DNA of 64,000 nt from positions 25,978,001-26,042,000 of the forward strand of contig OY740799.1 in the NCBI GenBank assembly GCA_963514005.1, given 5' to 3'. Under the pieces are notes generated by a model. That model was not told the DNA's origin. It was given only the letters and a program-made list of their open reading frames with translations, and made no database searches. Origin of the DNA: Raja brachyura. Taxonomy: Eukaryota. Each line of letters starts with the position of its first letter. The first letter of the stretch is position 1. Shown piece after piece: positions 1-12,710 of the stretch. A program made the position numbers and the translations under genes.

Positions 1-648
1 AAGGTAGGGGTATCAAAAACAAGAGGACAAATGTTTAAGGTGAGAGGATGAAGTTTTTAAAGGGTATTTGAGGGGATCATATTTTACACAAAGTGTGTTT
101 GAAATCTTTAACTCACAGCCAGAGGAGATGGTGGAATCACAGGCAATTCACAATAGAGGTGTATAAAATCATGAAGGGAATAGATAGTGTGAAATCACAG
201 TCTGTTACCCAGAGTAGGAGAATCAAGTACTAAAGAACACAGGTTTAAAGTCAGAGGGGAAAAAAATGAATGGGAAGCTGAGATGCAAGTTTATCAAATA
301 GAGGGTGCTGGCATAAGGAACAGAGGAAGTAGTTGAGGAACATACTATAACATATAAAATACTTTTGGACAAGTCCGGGGATAGGAAAGTCTTAGAGAAA
401 TATGGACCGAACACAGGAAGATTGGACCAGTGCAGATGAGATATCTTGGCCGACATGGACAAGTTGGGCTGAAGGCCCTATTTCCATGCTGTATGACTCC
501 ATGGCACCACCTTTAAGAGACAATTAGGCATTGACCTCAAGGAGAAAGGTTTAGAGGGGTATGGTCCTAAAGTGGGCAATTAGAGTTAGTGTCGATGGTC
601 AGAAAGGTAGGCATGAGTGTGATGGCTGAAGGGCCTTTTTCTGTATTT
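1..648 (+). mobile_element. Two nested CR1-type (HER1-like) LINE 3'-end fragments
   Basis: Degenerate CR1 ORF2 C-terminal region (atagaggtgtataaaatcatga; gtttaaggtgagag) and the 3' UTR motif gggctgaaggcc...tttccatgctgtatgactc. The inner copy spans ~153-500. Confidence 0.75.
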
Positions 649-814
649 AACTACCCCAAATCTCAGCTTGTCTTCTGTACCAATTCTCCGTAGCCCTCAA
701 TTCCTCCATTTTTCAAATATTCATTATATTTTAGCATTTGAGAACCACTACTCTCTGAAAGAAGACATTTCTGCAAACATCAGTTTTAAATGGCTGACCT
801 CTTATCAGGTAAAT

Positions 815-1200
815 TGTAGGAAGGAACTGCAGATGCTGGTTTAAACACAAAATGTTGGAGTAACTCAGTGGGATAGGCAGCATCTCTGGAGAGAAGGAAT
901 GGGTGATGTTTCGAGTCAAGACCCTTCTTCAGACTGATGTCAGGGGAGAGGGAAATACATAGATAAGGAAGTGTAAGGTGTGAAAATAAGACAAAGGGAA
1001 TGAAGTTCAATGTAAATGTAGAATAGATCATTGTTAGCTGGGAGAAGCTAACAACAAAGCAAACAGAGATAAAATGTGGTCAGTGACACAAACTGGGAAG
1101 GGGGAGGGTTGGAGAGAGAGGGAAAGCAAGAGTTACTTGAAGTTAGAGAAGTCAATGTTCAAACCGCTGGGCTGTGAGCTGCCCAAGCAAAATATGAGGT
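815..1200 (-). mobile_element. Penelope-like element 3' end / pseudo-LTR
   Basis: Same terminal sequence as the RT+GIY-YIG element at 26262-27766. The GIY-YIG C-terminal remnant reads LIFCLGSSQPSGLNIDFSNFK on the minus strand, and a hammerhead-like core lies at 905-932. Confidence 0.8.
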
Positions 1201-3139
1201 AACTATGTGTTTGCAACTATGTCTCCTTGTTCGTGACTCTCCTCCCAAGGGTGCAAATTAAATAGCTGCCTTGTCTTGATTAATGTCAAGCATTCTGAAT
1301 GTTATTTGAAAGTGCGGCCATCCAGCCAGATAACTGGAGAGTATTCAATCATGATCGCGATGTGTCTTGTAGATGGCAGCACAGGAGAAAATCAACAGAA
1401 TGCCCAGCCTCTGGTTACCGCAGTTTTATGTGGTTGGGAAGGGCTGCCCTCTCTCAGCGTCGCTGTTGACAACCTCAACCCGAGTGGAAACAATGACCAT
1501 GGTGTTGGCTCCCAATTGTTGCCAAGGCCTCTCCTGTTGCATTGTTTTTCATAACTTCCAGAATCCTTCATTCAATAATAATTGCAGCAACGAAGGACTA
1601 ACAAATTACTTTTAAAAGTTGGAAGATAAGATTGTGGTGGTAAACCGATGAGTAACATAAAAACGGAGCATCAGAACTTTCAAAGGTATTTGAGAAGGAG
1701 AAGATTAAGGAGGGAAAACACAGATGACTTGAAAGCAAAAGACTATGATATTGGATATTCTTACCAAAACTCATTTTTAAAATATTCTTAAAACACTTAC
1801 AATACTCACCCAAGCATTGGAACTAGACTTTGTTTGATAGTGATAAGCCTTTTTGTACTGAGATCAGTGCAGGCGTCTGTGTCAATTGCACCACCAGGTA
1901 TAATTTTGAGAAAGTAGAAACAAGTACTGAAAGATTTTAAACACTCAATATACCTCGATCAGATCAGTGAAAAAGGATTGGCATTGTTTTGCACTGGACA
2001 AGTCTTGCTATATTGGGAAATATAGACAATATTTTGAATGTGGAGAATCTGAGGTTTGAATGTGACATTGTCAAATACCTACTGATACGCACAAATGACG
2101 TTTCCCCGCATTAAAAGACAATTGATGGCCTGTGATGCTATTTCTCACCATCAGTCACAGCCACATACGGAGAGATAGGAAACTAATGTGGTGGAAAGGT
2201 GGGTAGAAAATTTGGTTTATTATATTTAAGAAATTTCTCAGTGAGTCATTCATTTAAAAAAATCCAGAGAAATAATATGTTCAAAACTCAAAGCAGAAGA
2301 ATAAAAAAATGTATTAAGCAGATAAAAACAATTTCACATAGCAGCATTTCTGAGTTATCATTTCTTTCTGATCTTTGCAGTAATTGTTACTGTACTGAAT
2401 TCCTTGAAACTGGAAATATGGAGAAAGGAATCGCAGGTGTAGAATGACTCTGTTCAGCTTGAAAGAAGGACTCAGTTGATGTTAATTTCATTCTCTCACC
2501 CATTCCCATTCTCGCCTCAATCTCCAACCTAGTTACAATGAAGTTTAATGTTATTTGAGAAACTGTTTCTTCTCTCATATTACCGTGTAATTACCTCTAT
2601 TTCAAATCCACTTCTATTACATTTACTTCTCCGCTAAAGATATTGGTATTGTTATTTGTATTGCAATTTGATATTTACCATTTAACCTCTTCTGCCTTAC
2701 ATTTATCAAGATTTGTTTAACTTACAACTCTATCATGTTCTGATGAAAGGTCGTTGACCTGAAACATCACCTTTTGTTTTTCAGCTCTCTGGACCTGCTG
2801 ACTATTTTTCAGAACTTTTTTTCCATTTTTCACTCAGGTGGTAGGAGCCAGCCGGAAGGGGATGTGTACCCGGATCTCATTGGGGACCATTTTTGCAATG
2901 AGTCATCGCTGAGGTGGTATTGGGCTGTGGAGAAGAAACTGAGCCTCATATTCCATCAACTGATGCTTTTCTCAGATTTACACTAGAGCCACACTAAACC
3001 CCTATCTTGAAACTTGAACGACAGCCTCCAATGTTCAATGCCATCACAACACAGGAAGAAATTTTCCAATGGCTTTGTTTTTTGCTTTGTTGCAAAGTGG
3101 AGCCGATGATGACCTGTGACAGGGGGAAAGTAAGGTCTG

Positions 3140-4847
3140 AGAATGGGAAACGGTGAATTATGGTGAACCGTAAGCTTATTACACTTGAAGAGATGCTGAA
3201 CATACTAAGGCTTATGAAGGTTGATAAATCGCTTGGGCCTGGTTAGATTTACTCTCGGACACTGTGGGAAGCAAGAGAAGGGATTGCAGCCACCCTGGCT
3301 GAGATTTATGAATCATCACTAGACACGGGTGAGGTGCGATAGACTGAAGAGTGGCTAATATTGTGCCTCCATTTAAGAAGAGCTGCAAGGAAAAGCCTGG
3401 AAATTATAGATCAGTGTGCCTAATATCTGTGGTAGGCAAGTTACTGAAGAGTATTCTATGGGATAATATATGCATGCATTTGGATGGGACGGGGTTCTTC
3501 AGCAATAATCAGCATGGTTTTGTGTGTGAGGGATCATGTTTTACGAAGCTGATTGAGTTTTTTGAAGAAGTACCAAAAAGGTTGATGAGGGCAAAGCCAT
3601 AGTCATTTGTCTATATGGACCTCAGCAAGGCATTTTATAAGGTTCTGTGTGGTAGGTAGTTTCCTCTGGAAAGTTAGATTACATGGGATCCAGGGAGAGC
3701 TAGCTAACTGGATAGAGAATTGGGTTCAAGGAAGGAAGCAGAGGGTGATGGTGGATAGTTGTTTCCCAGACTGGAGGTCTTTTCCTATGGTGTGCCTCGG
3801 GAATTGGTGCTGGGCCCATTGCTGTTTGGGGTTTATATTAACAATTTGGATGACATTCTACAAGGAGAGGATTTATGAGGATGTTGCCAGGGCAAGAGGG
3901 CCGGGAATGATACTAAAGTGGGTGCAAAAATGTTTGCAAAGGTAGCAAAGATGTTTATCAAAAATTACAACAGGATCTTGATCGGTTGGGCGACTGGGAT
4001 GAGGAATGATTAATGGATTTTAATGCAGATAAGTTCAAGGTATTGCAGTTTGGGATGTCAAACCAGGACCTTCACAGTGAATGGCAACACCCTAGGGAGT
4101 ATTGTAGAATAGAGGGATCAAGGAGTGCAGATACATAGTTCCCTGAAAGTGGCGTCACAGGTAGATAGGGTGGTCAAGAAAGCATTTGGCATATTGGCCT
4201 TCATCAATCAGGGTATTGACTGTAGAAGTTAGAATGTTATGTTACAATTTTGCAAGATGTAGGTGAGGCCACATTTGGAATATTGTGTTCAGTTTTGGTT
4301 ACCCTGTTATCGGAAGGATATTGTTAAGTTGGTAAGAGTGCAGAGAAGATTACTAGAATGCTGCCAGAACATGAAGGCCTGGAATGATAGGGAGAGGTTG
4401 GGCAGGCTAGGACTTTATTTCTTGGAAAGCAGGAGGATGAGGGGTGATCTTATAGGGATTTATAAGATCATGCGGGAAATAGATAGATTAAATGCACAGA
4501 GATTTTTTACGCAGAGTAGGGGACTCAAGAACATAGGTTCTTGATTAACAAACCTTAATCAAGAGGTTTGATTAACATAGGTTTAAGGTACAAGAGGAAA
4601 GATTTAATAGGAACCCAATGGGCAACTTTTCACAAAGTGGATGATGGGTACATGGAGCGAGCTGCCAGTGGAAGTACGATAACAACATTTAAAATACATG
4701 TGGACAGGCTCATGGATAGGAACGTTTTAGAGGGATATGGGCCAAACACAGGCAGGTGGGACAAGATGGAGCATCGTGGTCAGCATGGGCAAGTTGGGCC
4801 GGAAGGTTTGTTTCCATGCTGTATGATTCTATCTCCCTATGACTATG
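3140..4847 (+). mobile_element. 5'-truncated CR1 LINE, decayed RT pseudo-ORF
   Basis: Frame-shifted ORF pieces ANIVPPFKK..PGNYRSV..ISVVGKLL, NQHGF..SCFTKLIEFFEE, RKQRV, RPHLEYCVQFW, RGDLI are canonical CR1 ORF2 motifs. The CR1 3' tail is at ~4795-4847. Confidence 0.92.
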
Positions 4848-4989
4848 CAGTTCAAAGCTACTGATGGTTCAATAGTCAGCCTCTGATATGCAATCCATTG
4901 TAATCCAAAATACATAGCATAGTGGATTGGTGGAGAATGGAGGCATCCTTCATCAGTTCAATTCACAACCCCTCACAACTGGTCTACAT

Positions 4990-5935
4990 GAGGTGCTGCT
5001 TGTGATCCGTGACCAGCTGGTGAAGAGGAGCATTGCAGTTTTACATTTTCTTAATGTCTCCATGCTCGACTGAGCCATTGCACCTAAATACGTTTAGTTG
5101 CAATGGATCTCAGATATTATAAATAGTGCCAGTGAAGTTATCCAATTCCTGTGGAATATTTCAAAGTTATGCAATTCCGATGCAGTATTTATGCAGCAGG
5201 TGGAGCCTGTAGTCAACAGTGATTCTAAGGACATTGAGATGAGGCACACCGTAATGGTGATACTATTGAACGATCAACTCTGTTGTTGAAGATCACCACT
5301 TCATGGCTCATTTTGTAGAAGTCTTACTTGCTACCTCACCGGCCCATGTTTAAATGTCACCCTGGTCTTGCTGCACAGACATGGTCTGCTTCAGTTTGTT
5401 AGTGGTTGTGAACTGAACTGAGCATAATGCAGTCAGCAGTTCTCTGATCTGACGGTGCATGTCTTGGTGTTAGCTGAGCTTGACAGTGATGAGGAATTCC
5501 CATAGTGATGTCCTGGGGTGAGATAATCGACCTCCCATAGACATAAACACCTTCCTTTGTATTGTGTGAGATATCACTGGCTTATGGAATGCTTTTCTCT
5601 TGATACCCTTCAACTGCAGTTGAAGCAAGGTTCCCTAATACCCCACTTGAACAAATTGTACCATGGTGTGAAAAACAGGCACTTATACCTTCCTGCTGGA
5701 TTTTGATTATTTTACTTAAGAATTTGAAGACTGTAATGAGATCTGGATCTGAGTGTTCTTGACAAAAGCCATGCTGGGAGCAGGCTGTTGGCGAATAAGT
5801 GCCACTTGATAACTCCAGGCGTGTTATCTTCCCTCGCATTGCTGATGATTGAGTGGGCTGATGGATCAGCATCTCACCACACTTAATTTGCTCTGCTTTT
5901 AGTGGACAGGACATTCCCAGCCAATTGTCCAAGTT
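4990..5935 (-). mobile_element. Old, diverged CR1/L2-like LINE RT remnant
   Basis: Minus-strand ORF 5582..5932 contains QHGFCQEHSDPDLIT, matching the non-LTR RT QxGF motif region; otherwise heavily decayed. Confidence 0.55.
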
Positions 5936-6489
5936 GTAAATGTAATTTACAGTAGATTCTTGGAATCAGAAATACAAACTGAAAAGTTTTAAAGTTGAAA
6001 TGGCAAATGCATTTTCTGTTTTTATTTCAATTTGCTGCATTCTGTCTCATGAATGCTAATACTCCAACTGTATAGGGACAGTTTGGATCGTAGAATGACA
6101 AGATGTAGAATTTGTCTTACACATTACAGCTGGGATATAATCAGGGACCATTATTGAATCCATTGCTCTTAGCCATTACTTGATATTATACGGAGTGAAT
6201 TGAATGGCTTCTGTACCACTGAGTCTGAACAATAACAGTGTAATTTCCGTAAGATTTACCTTATTCACAAACCAGAACTTGTAAAAAGAAAATCATTGAA
6301 CTACAAAAAAATAAATGAAGAATCTAATAATATATTGGAAACTGAGGTTAGTCTTTAATTCAACAGCAAGCTTGATTGTATATATGTAACTTGATGGACT
6401 TTTAGATTGCTTGGAAAATGGACATCTTGATTTTATTGCACCAGCTTCAATTTTCACCCAATCAACAGCTAAAAATGGCCTGTTTCCAT

Positions 6490-6717
6490 TATCATCGTTA
6501 ACTTTTTGCATATCTTTCATTCATTGTTCTTTATCTCTCAACATCATTTTCTATATCTCTCGTTTCCGTTTCCCATGACTTTCAGTCTGAAGAAGGGTCT
6601 CGACCTGAAACGTCACCCATTCCTTCTCTCCAGAGATGCTGCCTGTCCTGCTGAGTTACTCCAGCTGTTTGCATCTATCTTCAGTTTAAACCAGCATCTG
6701 CAGTTCCTTCCAACACA
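6490..6717 (+). mobile_element. Penelope-like pseudo-LTR fragment
   Basis: ctgaagaagggtctcgacctgaaacgtcacccattcc...ccagcatctgcagttccttccaacaca matches the terminus of the RT-bearing Penelope copy. Confidence 0.8.
6587..6614 (+). ncRNA. Minimal type-I hammerhead ribozyme-like core in a Penelope terminus
   Basis: CUGAAGA + stem II (GGUC-UC-GACC) + GAAAC + GUC. Stem I pairing is weak, so activity is uncertain. Confidence 0.55.
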
Positions 6718-7224
6718 TCGTGATTTTATTAATGGTCATGTTAATGCAAGTTAGATTTTATCCATATGTTGTTCATTTTAAAGGGGCATGATTTGCAGAA
6801 AAGCATATCTTCTGCTAGTTCCAATCTTTATCCAAGTCCGCCGCCCTTTTTTGCTAACACACATGAGCTCAGTACTATTTACTGGAAATAGGAAGTAAAT
6901 GAAATGTCCAAAATACACATTTTCAAAGTGAGCATTAAGGCTGTATTTTACAATAGTACAAAGCTAAAAATTGCAATTTATTTGAACATTGCGTATTATT
7001 AATCTTTGTGAATTGTATCAGAAAAGGAATACTTCTGAAGTGTATGGATCTGTACTTGATGGTTTAAAAGTGAAGAGGTATATCACAGCTATCACTGAGG
7101 TCAGAGCAGGGGCCGCACTCTGACATGTTTCTGTTTCACTTCAAATGTTTGATGTGGGAGCAAAGGTGAGAAACGCCATCTACTTAGGTGGTCCCTTGGT
7201 ACAAGACGAGTTACTTCCATTCCA

Positions 7225-7352
7225 AATACAGACACAAAATGCTGGAGTAACTCAGCAGGACAGGCAGCATCTCTGGAACGAAGGAATGGTAGACGTATCG
7301 GGTCGCGTCTATATTCGGTGTAAACCAGCATCTGCGGTTCCTTCCTACTAAT
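7225..7352. mobile_element. Penelope-derived mini-insertion with inverted halves
   Basis: Inverted pseudo-LTR piece joined to a forward 3' end. Flanked by the direct repeat ttccattcca (7215-7224 and 7353-7362). Confidence 0.7.
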
Positions 7353-7362
7353 TTCCATTCCA

Positions 7363-7800
7363 GTTATGTGAGGTCTGAGGCCACTGTGAGAGCTGTAGGA
7401 TTGTCCATACGACAGGTGGGTTTGGGAGAGGCTGTGTTCCATCTGCTGTTTACGTTGGACTTCACCGTGTTCCCAAAGCATGGACTCCAGGTCCTCAGTG
7501 CCATCCCAAATGCTCCTTGAATGGTCATGGCCCAGGGATTCCCAAGGGATATTGCTTATTTTTCCAAAGGAAGCTTTGAGAACATCCTTGAATCTTTTCC
7601 TCTGTTCACCTGGTAACCTCTTCCGTTGACATAGCTCAGAGTGGAATATCAGTTTTAGAGTGTGGCGCCAGGCAGGAGAATGATCTAGCTTGCTCAAAGG
7701 AACTATCTACATATGATTAGAACCTCAACATGGGCATGCTGGCTTGGGATAAGGTTCCTTCATCGATTCATTCAAGTGCATTCATAGAATTTTGCAGGAA
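7363..7800 (-). mobile_element. RTE-clade LINE 3' fragment
   Basis: Minus-strand translation LIFHSEL..KRLPGEQRKRFKDVLKASF..IPWESLGHD resembles the RTE C-terminal region (GGQRKRYKDxLK). Confidence 0.7.
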
Positions 7801-7861
7801 CATCTTTCCAAGACCTTGATGTACAATTTGAAGGGTAATCCAAATCTAAGGATGGCAAGGG

Positions 7862-8300
7862 GTGGGGCAGAACGGTGGCACAGCAGTAGACTTGCTGTCT
7901 TACAGCACCAGAAACACAGGTTCAATCCTGACTACCGATGCTGTCTGTTTGGAGTTTTACGTTCTCCCTGTGACCGCGTGGGCTTTCTCATGGGTGGTCT
8001 GGCTTCCTCCCACACTCCAAAGACTACATGCTTGTAGGTTAATTGGCTTTGGTAAACCAAAATTATAAAATGTCCCCAGTGTGTCGGATAGTGCCAGTGT
8101 ACAGGGATCACTGGACGGCATGGACACGTTAGGTCAAAGGGCGGGTTTCTATAAAATTCATATGTCCTCGTTGATTAGAATAAGGTTTATAATTCCATGA
8201 AAAATCATTCAATTTTAAACTGCATTTACTTCAAGTAATTTTTCTTTTGGACCTTATTTTGTGACCACCTATCTCTAAACTAAACTAAAATAAACTAAAA
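7862..8300 (+). mobile_element. tRNA-derived SINE (HE1-like), tail interrupted by a 111-bp local duplication
   Basis: A-box-like ggtggcacagcagtag, B-box-like ggttcaatcct, body gctgtctgt..ggagttt..cgttctcc, CR1-like tail atctctaaactaaactaaa resuming at 8271. Confidence 0.85.
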
Positions 8301-8659
8301 AGGGTCACTGCTGGATCCCCATGTAGGCCATGATCTCTCCGCTCGGTTTGAGGTCTTGTTTTTCAAGCATACTTTTCCACAACCAAATTCTCACTACTTC
8401 CCATTAGGGCAAATAAGTGGTAACATGTGCAGCATTCACAGACTCTGTGAAGCATGACAGAGTGAAAGAATGATTTCATTTAATTAACAAGGAAGAAATA
8501 GGTTCTCAGTTAGTCTAGAAAACATGACATACTTACTGCGGAATAAGGCAATATGTCCTTGTTGATTAGAATAAGGTTTATGTCCATGAAAAATCATTCA
8601 ATTTCAAACTGCATTTACTTCAAATAATATTTCTTTTGAACCTTATTTTGTTACCACCT
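8160..8659 (+). repeat. Local dispersed direct duplication of ~110 bp (8160-8270 vs 8551-8659)
   Basis: Both copies read atatgtcc(t)(c/t)gttgattagaataaggtttat...ccttattttgt(g/t)accacct with scattered substitutions. Confidence 0.9.
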
Positions 8660-11427
8660 TAGAAACAGGATGGATTTTCGGGTTTTGTGTCATAGCAATT
8701 TTAGTACAATTTTACCTTTACAGTAGGCTTACCTGTTCAGAAATATTTCTTGGATAATGTTCCAGCAGGGAAGATTGCATTTTACTCATTATCTTAAACC
8801 AACTCTACACTGACTGAAATCACAAGTAAATGTTCCTGAATGGTACGTGAATACTATGTTGCTCATTGCCAACTTTTACCATCGTGCATGGTAGGGGGGA
8901 CATCCAATTTCAAATTTAAGCTTTGGTCTTTGTGTCTTATTTCTCCTTCAGCCTACATTAACATAACGTTCAAAGAATATCAGCTTCATAGAGTTTGATA
9001 CAATAAGCATTCAAACATGTCTGCTTTCAGTGTAAATGTACCAGCAAGTTGAGAGTGTGCTTGTGTGCTTTTCAAAGGGACATTGAGAAGTGATCCTTTT
9101 GGGGGAAAATAAAATAATTTCAGATTATGGAGCACAAAGCGGCTGTAACAAGAAAATACTGTTTTCACCAAACCTCACATGTAACTTAGTCTTTGGAAGC
9201 TCTGTTGTAGTAAATTACTAGCTCAGAAAGGTCGCAACTTGTTTAAAGTTCAGGAAAATGTACTCCTTCAGTGGATCTGTGGGTGTAGGATAATGACTAG
9301 TCCTGCCCACTGTCTTGCAAGAAAACTCCAGTGAGAGCCTGGCTTTGTGTTACTTTTGAATAGCTCACAGATCCAATTTAGCAACAGTCAACCACGAGAA
9401 AAGAAATAAAAGGGGAGAAATGAAAACCAGTATTGATATCAAAGTTTAAAATGTTTTCCACTCTATTATACCAGTACATAAAAGAAATGAACTGTCTTCC
9501 TACAGTGCAATGGTTGAATGTATTGATGTATAAACAGCATTTTGTTTCTACAGAGTTCTTTGTGGTCAGTTTTCAGATCGAGAATGGTCCAAAGGAAAAT
9601 AAAATACACCAATCATCTCTTTGACAGATACCAGAAGTTAAAACACAACTCTTGACTGCTTTCAAGGCTGGCATAGTACGACCACGTTATTTGTTAAATA
9701 AGAATTTCTACAAAGATACAACATATAAAAACTGTTAAATATATAACTTTAGGTTTCTCAAAATACATTTAATGATCCTGTTGTCAAGAAATGTTACTTT
9801 CTCCTCTAATTTGATCTTTTTTTTTTCTTGCGGTAGATGGTTGATTGAAATGTGACACAGGCTGCAGGTAGCCAGACATGCTCATTGCGAATGCTGTTTG
9901 ACAGTAGCTACTTTTGTGCTGGGAAAGGAAATAAGAGCTGCAAACGGTTCACATTTTGTTCTTTCTTTCTGGTTGAAATACAACATGACTTAAGAATGAG
10001 AAATAAGTCAGCCAAACTAAACGGGAGAGCAAGATATCCTCCCAGCGCCAATGTTCGTATGTGTCTCTTTAGTGACAGGAAATAAACTATTTTTATCGCC
10101 ACGCTCCATTAGATCCTTAGACATCTTACATCAGGACTCCCTTTTTTTATTTTTCCAAGTAAAGACTTTACCCTAGCCAGTAATGATTTATTTCAGCTCT
10201 ATGAAAAAACTGAAGAAATCCTTCAGAAACCACTACAATTGAAACCAGTGAAGCTCATTGACAAATGAGATAGTGTCCACGTCAGCATTCTCCTTGTGTT
10301 CTTTGGTCTACTGTTTTGTGAACAACGATGAGGAAATAGATGTAGAGATGTCAAGAGTTACACACATAAAAGCACAGTGTCTTTGTTGAGGAGCCTTCTG
10401 TAATTCTGTCATTGTCCCACCTGAAGCAAAGATTCACCACCTGTTCAGGGCTGAAAGAAAGAGATCAGTCTTCAATGAAACAGGCTTTTCAGGGCTGAAG
10501 TATCAACAGGGCAACGGGTAGTCCAACACCGGTTGAAATGTAGGGGCAAAGTGTTCCGATCATGGTCAATATTGCTGCTATTCAAGCTTGGCTCGGCCAC
10601 CACCAGTGTTGTCCCAGTTGTGGTTCCGATTGAGTGAAACCTTTGCTCAAAAGTTATAGATGGGATTATGCTCTTTGATACACAGCCAAAGAGAGTGGTG
10701 GAAATAACATACAACAGATGAGAGTCTGCAGCAGTAGAACTTGGCCAGGGTAAATAGATCACGCAGTTCTAAGCTGCTCCTATAGGATTCTTTCTTGATG
10801 CATTTGTCAGGAGACCTGTGAATCAATAGAAACAAATGTGAGGACATCAAGTTTATTAACAATAAATACAATTGTAATTAATCACACCTATAATCTCCTG
10901 GGGAGTCTGGAACTTTTTCAAAGTTTTCAAATATCTAATGTTTTATCACCAAATTTATGTTTCTTCACTTCAAACTGGCAAGGCAAAACAATGGTTAAAA
11001 TGGCAACAGGGAAACAAAATAATGGAAATGGTTGTACAGTCAGCTATAATCTGTATGTGCAGGCTTTATTTTATCTGTTATAAAACCAAAAGCACGCAAT
11101 ACGCATTTGTAACTATTGTTGCCTCCAGTTCTTAGTGTTCTAACTAAATCTTATCTTTATGATGTGCTAGAAATTCTTCTGTCCAAAAATAACTGAACTA
11201 AACTGGCACTGGGCGGAATAACCTGAGCCTGTTTTGCTGTTGCTACTGGTGACAAGCTTTCATTTACAATCCTTGTGCAATGATATGTGGCTGTTTTCAG
11301 CTCGCTACACATTGTCCTTATTACTGCATTGTGTGCACTTACTAATGAACTAATATTTGTTCCTGTTGGCTTTATCCTGCACCGTCTGATATCAGGGCAT
11401 CTAACAAATAAAATATACTTGGGTACA

Positions 11428-11769
11428 TGTAGAAACAAAGAACTGCAGATGCTGGTTTATACCAAAGATAGACACAGAGCAGTAAGGCACCTACTATATT
11501 TGCTGTTCTAGATGTGGATTCCTGTACATTGGCAAGACCAAGCGCAGACTGGGCGATCGTTTAGCTGAAGTCTGCCTTAGCCTACCTGATTTCCCGGTTG
11601 CCAAAACGTTAACTCCCCTTCCCATACCCATACCTGCCTGGGCCTCCTCCACTGTCAGAGTGAAGCCAAATGCAAATTGGAGAAACTGCCCCTCATATTT
11701 TGCTTGGGCAGCTTACAAGCTAGCAGTATGAATATTGATTTCTCTATTTTCAACTAACTCTTGTATTTA

Positions 11770-11800
<31 letters not shown>

Positions 11801-12286
11801 CCTCCCCCACCCTAGTCGTCCTACTAGTTATACTGCTGTTCTGCTTAGTTTCACTGTTTGAATCTGCTTGTTATCGCCTTTTCCTGTCTCGCTGAGTTAA
11901 GGTCCCACTTACGTGACCTTTACAGGCGACTGCTGGCACCCGTGATAGGTCCCCGAAATTTTCAACATGTTGAAAATTCAGCGGCGACCAGAAAGACGCT
12001 ACAACACTTTGGAGACCTCTCACAACCATAGGATACCTCTCATGACCATACAGGCGACCCCTGGCGACATGTTGCGGGTGACCTCTCACGACCATACAGC
12101 CTGCATGGTCGTGAGAGGTCTCCTATGGTCATGAGAAGTCTCCAAAGAGTTGTAGCGTCTTTCCGGTGACCTATCACGGGTGCCAGCAGTCGCCTGTAAA
12201 GGTCGCGCAAGTGGGACAGGCCCTTTACTCCAGCATTTTGTGTCTATCTTCGGGATAAACCAGCATCTGCAGTTCATTCCAACACA
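11428..12286 (+). mobile_element. Penelope-like fragment (inverted terminus + GIY-YIG remnant + pseudo-LTR), interrupted by a MITE
   Basis: Translation CSRCGFLYIGKTKRRLGDR (GIY-YIG) follows an inverted terminal piece at 11428-11480. A (CT)n tract lies at 11770-11797. Confidence 0.85.
11900..12224. mobile_element. PIF/Harbinger-type MITE
   Basis: TTA TSD (11897-11899, 12225-12227); removing the element restores the Penelope motif gctgagTTActccagc. TIRs aggtcccactt / aagtgggacaggccct, with long internal inverted symmetry. Confidence 0.85.
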
Positions 12287-12334
12287 TTTATTTTCTTCTT
12301 GTTGCTTTTCACCATGTTGATGTGGGTAAGCCTG

Positions 12335-12710
12335 GCTGTATTGGAGGGCTTTCATATTGGGAAGAGATTGGATTGATTGAGATGTATTCCCTGTGGTATA
12401 GGAGACTGAGAGGGTGACCTGATAAAGGTATATAAAATTATAAGCATTGGCAGATTTGTTTCCCCATAGGAAGGAGTTTGAAAGGGTATTTGAGGGAAAA
12501 TGTTTTTTTTTTAACAGCGAGTAGTTAATGCCTGGAAATCTTTACCAGAGGAAGTGGTGGAATCAGATACAGAGTTATTTAAACATATACTTAAAAAAGG
12601 CATGGCATAAACATGCCTAATACAGAAAAAATGGGGTGAGAGTACATGGGATAAAAGGTTAGTAGGCGCAGGTAGGCTGAAGGGCCTCTTTCTTTGCTGT
12701 ACAACTGTAT
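12335..12710 (+). mobile_element. Degraded CR1 3' fragment
   Basis: gagactgagagggtgacctgataaaggtatataaaattata and the 3' ggctgaagggcct..gctgtac tail. Confidence 0.7.

Noticed and set aside
7101-7697. 198-aa minus-strand ORF
   Set aside because: Chance read-through chimera of an RTE remnant and a Penelope mini-insertion.
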